From: Marsupella aquatica
Taxonomy: Eukaryota > Plantae > Marchantiophyta
Reading direction: 5' to 3'
Assembly: GCA_973895155.1 (NCBI GenBank)
Contig: OZ316891.1
Span: forward strand, 17,015,651-17,079,650
DNA: 64,000 bases
Positions 38,701 to 50,605 of this stretch are shown in pieces. The position numbers and the translations under genes are program-made. Each line of letters begins with the position of its first letter. Positions within the stretch are counted from its first letter, which is position 1. The notes beneath the pieces were generated by a model that saw only the letters and a list, made by a program, of their open reading frames with translations, searched no databases and had not been told where the DNA came from.

Positions 38701-39466
38701 TTGCCAATGGTGTCAACTCCATTGGCCTTGGGCCCAAGAGGAGCTCACTCCCAAGCCCTCAAAACTCAAAGTCCATCCGGAGGTCCGGACGGCCATCCTT
38801 GAGTGCGGCCCATTTCCCCTTGACCCGACCAGCCATCGGCTAGTCCAAGTCCTTAGTGTGTGCCCCCAGCTTGGCTCCTTGCCTCGCTAGTTCCACGTCT
38901 CATTGCCCACAAGTCTCCCTATGCTAAGTCCTCCCTGGATGGCCTATCCGGGCCTGGACCATAAGGGAGCTCGGCGTCGGAGTCAGTGATGCCGGAGCTA
39001 AGTGTTAAGGTAGTCGAGTTCCGCGACTTGCACCCCCCCTTAAAAATGGTCACGTCCGCATGACCTCAGTAAACGTTCCACCACGCCTAGACCACTTTGG
39101 GCCTTAAAAATTTTATGGGGTAACAAATGGTTTGCCCATAAGGCTGATGCAAACCAGGTTGGTATGCGCATTCCAGACTTAGGAAATTCCAACCTATCCC
39201 ACTTATCCCAGTAGGATGCCAGTCCAAACGGGTAAGCTAACTCCAAACCCGTCGGACCCATTGTCCTCCCCTTGGGGTACTCCCCTTTGGTTCAAACCAG
39301 CCCGCCCACAGATGTAAGGCGGGCACCATCAACTTCCACTCGCAAAAAGAAAATCGGTCGCCCAACAACCTCTAGCACCAACGCAATCCGACTTTATCCT
39401 TAAGAGGTCGAGAGGAGTGAAACTAGGATACAACTCACAAAGGTAGCTACAGCTACCTATACCAGT

Positions 39467-39979
39467 TCACAACGGTGGTAGGCCGCTTCGCTTACGATAG
39501 CTTCCAAGGATCTCTGAGGCATTACCCAAATTTTCCTCCGGTTTCCAAGTACTCTCGGCCTGATCATAGCCAGCCCACTTCACCAAATACTCTAAGATTT
39601 GCCTTCCCAACTTGCGTTTGTAACGGTGGTCCAGAATTGCCTCCACCTCAAACTCCTCAGCGTCCTCCACCAGCATGGCGTCCGGACGCCAGACCTGATC
39701 CCGGTTGGGATCATCGTCTTTGACAAACTTCTTGAGCCGGCTAACATGGTAGCTTTTGCCCACGCCCATTTCCTTGGGTGTCTCCAACACCACCAAAACC
39801 GGATTATCCTTGTGGGCCCATCGTATAATGCAATAGGGCCCCGCATATCTAGGAGCCAGCTTCCTACTTATGTTCCCATGGTATTGCTCAGGTCTCAGTT
39901 GCAACCAGACGCTCTCCCCAATTTCAAAGCTTACTTGGAGTCGATGTTTATCCCCTTGCTCCTTGTACCAACTTTGGGC
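39467..39979 (-). pseudogene. Chromovirus integrase C-terminus (GPY/F motif and chromodomain)
   Basis: KLAPRYAGPY, YHVSRLK, FEVEAILDHR...EYLVKWAGYDQAESTWKPEENL. Confidence 0.9.
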
Positions 39980-40599
39980 AAGGGTCGTACCCCTGGTAGC
40001 GGGTATAGCGACGGAGACAGCAAACAGGCAAACAGGAAATACTTTTCCTGTTTGCCTTATGCTGTTACCAGGAAAAAACATCTTGTACCAGGGGAAAGAA
40101 CACACAATCAGCAGTTTAGAATTGTTGAAGTTGGAGTTAGTCCATTGCGGTGAGGGAGGATACCTTGTAATGAATTGTTGAACCACATAATAATTGAACC
40201 TTATATCCCAACACAAACAAGGGGGAGCATACATAAAAATGTCAAGGAATGCGCACAAAATGGTAGGTCCCACCACAATCGGCAACAAAATATATGAAAA
40301 TAATACAAAATCAACGCAGCCCAAAACTTTATGTCATTATGTGGTCCAAAATAAAAGCGAACAACGGATTGACTAGCGCCTGGCGCTATCTTATCGTTAT
40401 TCAAGGAAACAAATAGTTGGCGTTGAGAACATAAATCACAACACAATGACATTTAACGGTGTAGCCTAGACGAAAAATTTACCAGCGCCTGGCGCTAACA
40501 AAAAATGATGCGACATCAATAACACTATACCGTTGACATACGACAAAATCAATATAACCGTTTGGACCAATAATACAACCTACATCATCATGATTCATG

Positions 40600-43500
40600 C
40601 TATAAACGATGAGCATTTTGCCTCTCTAATATGAGCCGAACCTCTCCAACAGTGAGAATTGGTTGGCTGGTCAATGTAGATTCCTCAACGTCTAGTTTGA
40701 AAACGGTAAGGAAAATCCAATACAAATGTTTGCAAGGCATATATGGATGTTTCCGGGAATGTCGCCGGTAGAAATCCTCACACGAGCAAGTGGGGAAAAT
40801 GCAAATTTGAACAAAGTAACAATTTGGCGTCCGCATATTTTCGTGCGTTTGCACCTTAAACTGTTTTCCCCATGCATTCCCAATCGCAACATCCCACTCT
40901 CCCTGAATGTACATCGTCTGTTTTTTTGCAGACGCAATTCTGTTCATGTGACCCTGGGTAAGATTTGACCAAGGAACCGTATTCCTCCCATTCCGGCTTC
41001 GGAGATGAACATTGGGTTCGAGAAGATTCACATGTTCTGGAAAGATATTGACATTGATTCGAAGATCAAAATCTGACGGGGGTCTAGTTGTAAGTTCATT
41101 TCCGTGCACTAGGGAGATTCCGTTGTCAAGAAGATATTGCAGCTCGTCCTCCGAAACATTTGTCCCTTTCAAAACGGGAAGAACATCAAGGAAAGGGGGC
41201 AAATTCAAGACACCTCGACGCGGGCGGCTTCTGTAACATGTATTGTTTGGGCAAAACCAAATCATTTCGGTTATGGGTTCCCCCCTGAAAATCCGTTGAC
41301 CTTTGACAACAATTCCGATAACACCATGTGGTGAGGGAAATCCAACTTTTTTCACGCGATTGCGACACTCATCTCTTTCAGAATTACGAGAAAATGATCC
41401 GTTGCACTGAGGACCAGCGCCAAATTTTGAAGTTCAACGTAATTGCCATGCAGCTAGAGCAACCTCCGTCTCACGGACAGGACACTCTTGTAACGGTTGC
41501 TGAAGCACGGAGGGAGCAGTCTGGGGAAGCCTCGTTGAACGCGTTTGGTCTCGAGCAGGAGGGGTATTGAAATCGACATCTTCTCCACCACCCGATATGT
41601 CACTTCCAGACAGATTAACAACAGGATCAACTTGAGGCGTGGGGCCAGGGATAGCATCAAACGCCATGCGATTAAGATTCTTCCTTTTCATCGATCTAGT
41701 ATTGGGCGAGGTGACAAGGATTTTATCATGCCTATGGGAGTCTTGTGGCGAGATATTCCCAGATGCATGTCCTTTCCTCTTCAAAGACTTGGTGACAACG
41801 TCTCCATTGAGAGGTGCACGTCTCTCCAAGTCAAACTCGGCAGCGTTGGACAGTAGCATATTCATTGCGTCTTCATACAACTTGGGGGAGCCTGCTTGGT
41901 CCGCTGATCGGAAAGCGAGTTCCCAAATTGTGGGACCTTTTCCTCTATGCAACCCTTTCCGATACGCAGTGTAAGCAGCAACCTGAGAAATAGCTCGATT
42001 TTGGTCCATTTCACATGCCTCAAAGAGCCCAACCTTTTTCTTCATTACCCATGCTTTCATACCTGCGTGCACGGACTCTGATCCTGTACAATTAGGAATC
42101 TTAGCCCCTTCTTCGACACTCTTGTTCTGCAATCACATAGAATAAAGTGTCTGTTACAGAACAAGAAAACACTAGCGTCGGGCGCTAGTGAAGTGGACTC
42201 TATCCTTAGAAGTTAAAACTGGCACTGTACATTAAGGGACAACTTATTTCGTCCTATTGTGTCATATGACAGTTTGAATAAATGATAGCGCCAGGCGCTA
42301 GTATTAAAGGATGCTATGGTATTGTAATATTTGAATATGGATACAAACATTTTGAAATGAGAATATAGCACTGCAATACCTAAAGAGCGGAAAGCAAAGT
42401 AAACTAACTTACCAAACGAATAAAATTTCCCCATTGTCTCCACCTGACGACCCACCATGAAATCCAACTCTGGAGCATCCGGAGCTTCCCGAGGACACAG
42501 TTACCCGACTGCCACCACAAATCAATCTCCCTTGAAATTCTGTAAGCCTCTACAAACGTGGGGGCATTTCGCATCTTATCCCAAAGCCTACGATGCTCTG
42601 CTTGACTATCTTCAATCACTCCTTCAATCGAATGGCGATGGAAGGCTTGGTAGAAATGGAATGCGTCAGTTCGCTCACGCTCAGGGTTTGGATGCCCTCC
42701 AAAAAAGACATTTCGGACTGCCAGCCAACCAGCTTGAGCATTGTCCGCCATGAATCCATGAATAATCGGATTTTCTAATCCATTCTCTTTGGACACCTCA
42801 ATCATTAGTCTCCAAGCCTTCTCGAACGACTCTGTATCCTCTGCTTTTAGTTCGCAGGTGAATAAGGTACACAAAGCGCGATAGTTGTGATCATAAATAT
42901 GCGCACTAAAAGTAACCCAGTCTTTTGTAAGCCGTTTCATCACATCAAAACTTACCCAAGCACCTTCGAGACTTCCACCAGGTTGCATTTGTCTCAAAAG
43001 ATCGACGCCTGATCCATGGCCGATCGAAGTCATCTTGAATATGTGAGGACGGTCTTCTTGAGATCCTTGACCTGGTAGGAGGTACCTTTGGAGGAAAGGC
43101 ATGTTGATATTTCTTTGATACCGAACAAGAAAATCTAGTTCACCTCGACCTTTCTGGTCTTGTCTAACACTACGAAAGAGGGACGCAAACTTCTGGGGTG
43201 TGGAAACTACCATGAGAGACTCAAATATCTCTGTTTCTTCAATATCTTGAATATCTTCCATACTTTCACACAAGGACTTTACAAAGGACCCTGTCGCCAC
43301 ATTTTTTACACCAGCAGGGGTGAAAATTGGATTTCCTTCCAATTTCTTTTTGATAACCTCCTCAACAATCTTCTCTGCGCTCCGAGAAAACACCTTTCTT
43401 GAAGGATGGTTGTGGATCCCCATATGAATTGCCAAGCGGGACATGTGAGTACAGGTTTCTGAGTCAACTAGAACCTGGGGGTACATGTAAAATAACCTTG

Positions 43501-44417
43501 CTGGACAGGATTGGACACAAAACGGAACTTGATCACAAAATTGGCAAACAACTCCACCTTCGTCAATGAAGGAGCCAACACGATGTTGCCCGCCAAGTTT
43601 GGGGGTTCCACCCCAGGCCTTCTGGTTCCTCCTTTTCTTCCGCTGAAAATAGTCGCACGTATTATTCCTACACTCAATGGAACCAGTGCACGTTACTTTA
43701 CCAAATTCCCAATATTTCTTGGTATGAACATTAGCTGATGTAGGAAATATTCTGGTCCAGATGTAGCAATCCTTTGACCGGTCCATGTCGCGTAGACGTG
43801 ACCCCTTCGAAAGAGCTGTCGTCGCAGGAGGCAACTCGAATACAATATTTCCATTGTATTTCTTTGGCAAATAGTCAACTTGTTCATGGAAGAAGTCCCC
43901 AGCCGCGATGAACCTCAAGATTTCACTGGAACCAGTTGACTTGAGAATGGTATCCATTGCACTTCTCCGATACACAATGGAATTTTTGGTAAAAACTGTT
44001 GTAACCTCTTGTTTAACAGGGGTAACCTCCTGTTTAACAATGGTGTGAGGGGATTTAGCACTATGCTCAGGCAAAGCACGTCCATCATCGTCGCTATCTG
44101 AAAGCAGGACAACATCAACAAAGGGTTTGGATGAAGATGGGAGATCATGCGACTGGTTTTCGAATGACAATAGAATACCGAATTCCTGCATTCAGGTGCC
44201 AAAAATGAATCCCGTCATCAACATCAAAAGAAGCAGTGGAATTAGACGCTTCATCTCCATTTCCCTCCTCCAAAATGTCCTCAATGTCGTTCAAATCCAA
44301 ACCAAAGCGCCCACAGAGATAATTCTCACTAACTTGCTTGTATACGTCATTGGCCGACAATGGAATGGATACAAGGTCACCGGTAGACGGACGCGTCAGA
44401 ACGATTGACCTCGACAT
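40600..44417 (-). pseudogene. Mutator-like transposase, copy A3 (GCM-like Zn domain, DDE, SWIM); exons 44417-42413 and 42126-40600
   Basis: CTGSIECRNNTC...CQFC...SCPAR...IHMGIHNHP; WVSFDVMKR (D1), GFMADNA (D2), DAFH, NCTGSESVH (E); CSCEDF..PCKH. Frameshifts near 44160 and 41400. Confidence 0.85.
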
Positions 44418-44662
44418 TTTAAGATCATCCAACCCAAAAACACTCAGTTCACGATAATGAATGACGTCTTCGAATGTACACAATGGTATTCATAGTGAAT
44501 AATCCGTTTGTCAGAGCCGTTATAATACGACAAAAACACTACTGGTCGAAAGCACATCTGACACAATAAATGTTTTTTGTCGTTATGTCAACGACATTTA
44601 CACTAATGAGCCTAAGATGTCCGTTTCCAAAGAGCATAATCATGATAATTAAATCATGTTAA

Positions 44663-45048
44663 TTGAGTAGCGCCCGACGCTACTCAAACATCCTACCTTC
44701 AACATGGACCCAAAATGGTGAAATATATGAGTAGCGCCAGGCGCTACTCAAACACACACCGTAAATTATGGTATAAAACTGGTATGTTTTATCCGGGGTT
44801 TCAGAATAAATACTAAATGTTTGTAGCTAATTTTTTTAATATTATCTAAAATATTACCAAAATGTGCCCATTTAATATTAGCGTCGGGCGCTAATCCAAA
44901 ACGGTAATCATGACATTCATTTATGGAAAAATATTCAAAAATTGTATTCATTTGGCTTTTTATTGTATACTTGACAGCAATGTTGACCTAACTTTGGGAA
45001 ATTTTATGGTTTAAATTGTGATGATTTTGAGTAGCGCCTGGCGCTACT
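44663..45048. promoter_or_regulatory. Cluster of four TAGCGCCNGGCGCTA palindromes in the divergent intergenic region
   Basis: Copies at 44668, 44732, 44879 and 45032; two have extended arms (TTGAG..CTCAA 44663-44687; TGAG..CTCA 44728-44750). A regulatory role is inferred. Confidence 0.55.
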
Positions 45049-45376
45049 ATTGACCAATATCCGATTTGAACTAGGAATATATATTAAATTCAACGAACTG
45101 TTCTTTAACGGTCATATTCAACGGTAACGTTAGGTCGCGTAACGTCGAAGATATGCCAACGGTATTCGGACAACTAATCCAGAATTGACAAGTGGTGCTC
45201 AAGAGATAGAAATCAATGTAGCAAGGGGATAGTTTAGAGATGATACTCTCCCCCCCTCCCTTGTCCGCTGTATTTAGGTTCCGTTTCGGAGGTTCTTCGT
45301 GCAAGAATTCTCTAGAAGAAGTACGGTACGAATGAGGTACTCATCACGATCGTGAAGCACTTCGTGTCTGAGAAAC

Positions 45377-48300
45377 ATGGACCTTCTCCCCACTACCTCG
45401 CATGGGTATAGTGCTAATGGGCAGAGAGAGCAGATCCATTCGCAGACATCCGAGTGCTCGTTTTCTGGATCTGTTTACAATCGTCGAGTGACACGGTCTA
45501 CAACATCCCAAGCTCCCAAAATAGTCTCTGTAGTCACATTTCCGAAGAGCAGGAGAGCGAAGATGGACGATCTCAACACATACGCTGTGGAAGATCGAGG
45601 AGAAATGTCGCTGACGATGTCCAACGTTATCTCCAAGCACGTTATGGTGTTTGGCAAAGATTTTCGAGGGCACGACAAAGACCCCCCAAGGATTCCAATG
45701 TGCCGCTTGGTTCACATGGAAGTTGTCCGCACCTTACAGAAGGGAAGTCCTTCAATTGAAAAGTTGAAGGACTCTTTTCGTAGCACAGGATACAACTCAA
45801 AAATCGGAATGTTATTCTATGTCCAGCCGACAGATTCGAATGGGAATGTCCAGACGTGTACTCCAGAAATTCGAGCTTCCTGGGACCCGATGTGGGTGGC
45901 CGAGAACGAGAAGTTTGAAGCTGAATGTGCGGCCGATCCAGACTTCATGGTGTTACAAGATAAGATGTTTTACATTTTTGACGGTAACCATCGACTTTAC
46001 ACATGGTCGATCGTTACAAAAGAAAATCCGGAAGATATCAAGTATCACCCGCGTGTGCAATGTACTATCTTCAAGGGTGAAAAGGGATCTTTGATTGAGA
46101 TTGAGGCGGCTATGCATACTGTGAACCAGTAAGTCTCTCGTTGAATTTCACTTATCCTTATCTTTTATAGTGTAGTTTTTACTAGCGCCTGGCGCTATTG
46201 ACTGACAAATTCTTCTGTAGACTTGGACAGGCCGTGGTGGAACCTTCCTGGATACTTGATGCAGACCGAATTAAGAGGATTTTGTCCAATGATCTAGAAT
46301 ACTACAAATCAATCATCGATGGGGCAAACTTCAAGAAGTTTGGGCAGGTGATGCAGAAGACTCGAAAAGGATCGTGGTATTCCAAGAAAATGCCTCAAGA
46401 AGCACTTCTGTATATCTTATGCGAGAATAAGATTAAATCCTATTCTCGACAATTCAAAATGGACATGGAGTCGGCTACCGCTCAGGGAAATCCTTGGTCT
46501 CGGGAAGAGACATCCAAACGACATGCGGTCATGATGAAAGAAGCAACGAACGATTGGGCGATCAAGGTCTCAAAGATCACTCCCTTGTTGAGTCCAGAGT
46601 TTGAAGACTTCATGACAACCTGTGCTGAGATGTATTCGATGACCGAGGTGAACAAACGCGAGAAGAAACTGGATGCGGTTGTCTGTACCATGGATCGTGC
46701 CAGGTTATTTACAGCAGTCTCCGCCCTTGACCCCAAATTGAGGAGCACTTTGTTAGTAGCGCATTGCACGCCAGAGCTCAGGAAGCAGTTCTTTCATCCA
46801 CAAAGTGTTAGTGATGACCCTGTGAAGCAGTGGTGCCACACTTGGCAAACTTGGAATAGCGTGGAGGGAATTGCTATTGGTATGCTGTAGACTGCCCTCC
46901 AGAAAATCAGTGAAATAATTCCTTCCAATCGATTGGAGGAATGGAAGTGTGAGTCTTATGATTCACTCATTGAAATAGTGTGCAATGATTTCAAAAAATT
47001 TGGGGATGCAGTGAAAGGTAAGTTTTTCAATACAATGTGGATGTCCAAGTACCCGGACAAGGAAGACTACACACTCAAGAATCAAAAGCGAGCGAAACGA
47101 TATGTCTATCGTTTCTTCATGCACATGGAGATTGTGAAGCCTGACTATTTTTGGGCTTACCCAACTGCTTTCCAGAATTGGGTCATCTGCGCAGATGGAG
47201 ACATTTTGGCCGAACTGTATTCGATGTATCCGGCTAAGGGTATACTTCCACCGAGGAAATTGTCAGAGTGGGAGAGAATTCACTGCCCTTGGTATCTTGA
47301 CACCGATAGATGGGATTCTCCTTTTGACGACACTGAGAAGGATGCTTTCCATAAACTGTCTAAATCCCAAGTTCCGAGACAATTTGTCTCCGACATGAAG
47401 CAAGGAATTGAGGGAGACGTCAACTCGTCGACGACTGAGTTGCAAAAAAAATGTGAAACCACAGTGGTTCATGTTGATCGAAGCCGAAAACCAAGAGCCA
47501 AAGCCAAGGCGGATGCCCCTGTGGCAAGTGCTAGTGCCAAGTCTGGGAAAAAACGTAAGCTACACCTCCTTTTTCCAACTTCCTTCTTTGTTAGCGCCTG
47601 GCGCTATCATGTGTCGTGAGTTTAATGTGTCATATTTCCCAAAATTAATGTGGGTGTTTGGTCAGCGCCTGGCGCTAACACTCTTTCTGTGCTTGACACC
47701 ATTTTGGGTAGGTGGTCGAAAATCTGATGCCGCCACGGATGACACAAAAGTCGATGCAACACCAGAAGTCTCTGAGGCCAACACTAGTGCCAATCCAGAC
47801 CCCATCACCCCTGTTGAGAAGGGGAAGGTTATAGTTCCTGTGGATGCTACAAGCACAAAGAAGAAGAAGAAAAGGACCGTCGATGTCTGGGAATCTTCGC
47901 GAGATAATGCTTCTGGGGCCGGTATCCAACGGGATGTGGGGACTTTCAAGACCAAACTCGGAAGACACTGTATGGTTGAATCAAGCTTGGCAGAATTTAT
48001 TGATAGTGCATTTAGTAAGGAAGAGAAGCCAGATTGGGTCTCAGACGCTGAGAAGTGGGGTAAGGATTTGATCAAATCGGGGTGTAGAGATAAAGGAATC
48101 ATTCGAGGTGGGAAGGAACGATCATTTGGGGTGAATGCGGGTTTCATCTATCTCCCAACTGGTTTGAAACCCACAATTGTTGACCGTCGGGTCCCGAAAT
48201 GGAATGTCACAGATCACACAGCAGCCGAATCATTCTTTCGGGCGATGGACCCTTTCCTTTCCGATGACGGAATGCTCGCTATCTTATACTCGGATGACCA

Positions 48301-49529
48301 CGATCAGATTTCCCAGGTCATTTCTGCATGTCAGCAATCCAAGAAGTTCATGTGCATCAATACGCACAACGTTTTCATGTCTGTCCCAATGTACAGATCC
48401 AAGACAGATGTCCAGGTAAATATTCTCTCTCAGTATAGCTATACTAGCGCCCGGCGCTACTCTTTCTTTCTTAGGAGGTCTTCTCTCTTGAGTAAAAGAT
48501 TTTTGAAATCCAGTTGGTTGGTCAACTTTTGCAAGTCTTCACTCTTAGACTGGACATATTTTGTCGAGTTTCTTTTAAAGGAAAGGTCCCAAAGGATCCA
48601 AGATTCAAGCCATTATCTAGCGCTGAAGATCCTTCAATCTCGAACCTTATTGGGCTACAATCTTTGAAGGAAGATCATTGTCCTGAACTCCATTTTATTG
48701 GGAATTCCCGACTGCCGGTTGGTTTTATGCAAACTGTCCTTGAACTCTTTACAATACCTAAGGATATTGTAATTGATTGGACCGTCGGCTCAGGTAGTAC
48801 GTTCATTGCTGGGGATTACTCGGGCCGTTTTGTCATCGGGTTAGAAAATCGTCTGGAGTTTGTTGAGACCGCTTTGAGGATTTTTTTGGACCTCATTTCT
48901 CCCAACCCTTTGGAGACACAACCTCCCCCTCCTCAAATAACCGGACGAAAAAAGAAAGATAGACTTAGATCTGTCCTCAACTTTGATTCGAACGAAGATG
49001 ATGGGACGCCAGAAGATGATGTTCCTGAGGATGTCAATGACGGCGGGAAAGAGGAAACCCGACATGATGGGTCAACGGAGGACAGCGAAGAGTCTTCCGA
49101 GTAATTTTCGTCTCTCGTAAGCTCCTTTATCCTTTCAATTGTTGGCTAATCTTCAATTCCGCCAGTTCTATCGGTTAAGTACTTACTTCCTCTTTCTCTT
49201 CTGCTTCTCTTTTGAGCAGGTCAGAATGGAACCAAAGAAAATGGTTTCAACTCCGGAGGAAAGTGGCTCGAAATATAATCATCACTCCCGAGAAGCCGTT
49301 TGTATTGCCATCATACGCTGAGAACGTCGCGAGGAAGGTAGAGAAATTTAGAACGCTCTGCTGGGAAACAAAAGGACTTAGGCTTCTTAGGGGAGTAGAC
49401 AGGAAGTTCATGAGGAACCCCTACGTAGATAATGTTTCTAGAAGCAAGTATATTGATGATGAGGCAGAGTCGACCGACAGATCTCATAGCTCCCAGAATG
49501 AGAGCTCAGAATCTGACTCTGAAGGGTAG
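45377..49529 (+). pseudogene. ParB/Srx-like domain + helical region + beta-class N4C/N6A DNA-methyltransferase-like domain, ~1,228 codons. Exons: 45377-46128, 46221-47554, 47712-48415, 48514-49100, 49220-49529
   Basis: ParB-like FYIFDGNHRLYTW; MTase-like FLSDDGMLAIL and RLPVGFMQTVLELFTIPKDIVIDWTVGSGSTFIAGDYSGRFVIGLE. GT-AG introns keep the frame; one in-frame TAG at 46888-46890. Confidence 0.75.
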
Positions 49530-50605
49530 CAATTTTCTCCTCTCTCAGGTCAAACTTCCTCCCAACTGTACGAGTATGCCCTTGGTTTTTGTTAGCGCCG
49601 GGCGCTATTGAATTTATTAAAAATGAATTGAGTTTTAGGGATGTTGCCCCTTCCTTTCAATGGTTAATGTGGTCTTGAGTACCGTCCTTTGTGTGGGTTC
49701 CTCGGCTTGGTTAATTGGCGCCCGCCGCTACCCAAAAAACACGTCGGAAGCTTCCGTTTGTTATTTGTCGTTTCTGCCCTAGTGTCATTTGGCTTTCACT
49801 CGAAGACTGGTACCGACAAGAGGACCTATAACGATAAATCCAAGCCCCTTATTGACATACTATTGTTTCTTTCAAAGTCCATTTCTCTTATTTTTCTCCT
49901 TCTTGATTCCATGGAAGGCCAGTTTATCAATGGCCCACGAGAGCATATGTCAACTTCCGATTAGATGGTTTCCACCAAGATCCAGATTGTCAGGACTCTG
50001 GGATTGATGATGAATGTCACTCTTCGAGATAGGACATTGTACGAGGAGGCACCCACCGGGAGTGTTAGCGCCTGGCGCTAGTTACAATTGTTCTGGAAAC
50101 TTTAGTGTTCCTAAGTAGAAATATTTGTACACCGAGGACAATATGTTTCACTTAAATAAAAAATCTCGGGTTTCTTTTCTTTCAATTTCCCTTTAGAAGT
50201 TATGACTCAGATACCTTGGTTAAGTCCTACTTCCGTGCTTTGATATTGAACTTAGACTATTATTAATGTTTGGTTTCTACTTGGATCTCAGCCTGAACAT
50301 CAATCCTAGGTTCTCGTGATTTTCTGCACAAAGAATTGGAAGCAGCCGACTCTAGTATTCGGCATGTTTGGGCGATTAATGTGTCATTATTTTGGGTTTT
50401 AACGCCCGGCGCTAGTATTCGGCATGATGCGTTTGTGATTATTTTTCCTGTAGACTCCCGACGCTAATATTTGGCATCGCATAATTATCAGTATTTTAGG
50501 AACGGATTTTTTTAATTTTGCCACAATACCAGGAGAAATGTGCTCCCAAAACAGGAAATTTTGTTGTTACCAGTTCCTGTTATATTTTGCTGTTTGCTGT
50601 TTACT

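Larger units (their letters stand above)
40001..50605. mobile_element. DNA transposon copy A3 (~10.6 kb) carrying a transposase and a ParB-methyltransferase cargo gene
   Basis: Interrupts the chromovirus integrase (...RRCLQK|AQSWYK...). Left terminus GGGTATAGCGACGGAGACAG preceded by ~21-24 nt filler; subterminal inverted repeat ACAGCAAACAG / CTGTTTGCTGT; no TSD found. Confidence 0.85.

Noticed and set aside
39467-40324. 285-aa ORF as one protein
   Set aside because: Chance fusion: the first ~115 codons read through the transposon end; only 39467-39979 is integrase.
45377-49529. Bacterial or phage contamination as the source of the ParB-MTase gene
   Set aside because: The gene has spliceosomal introns and is nested inside plant retrotransposons.
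40001-50605. Helitron interpretation of the TSD-less element
   Set aside because: No Rep/helicase, no TC...CTRR ends and no A|T target; the encoded enzyme has DDE and SWIM motifs.
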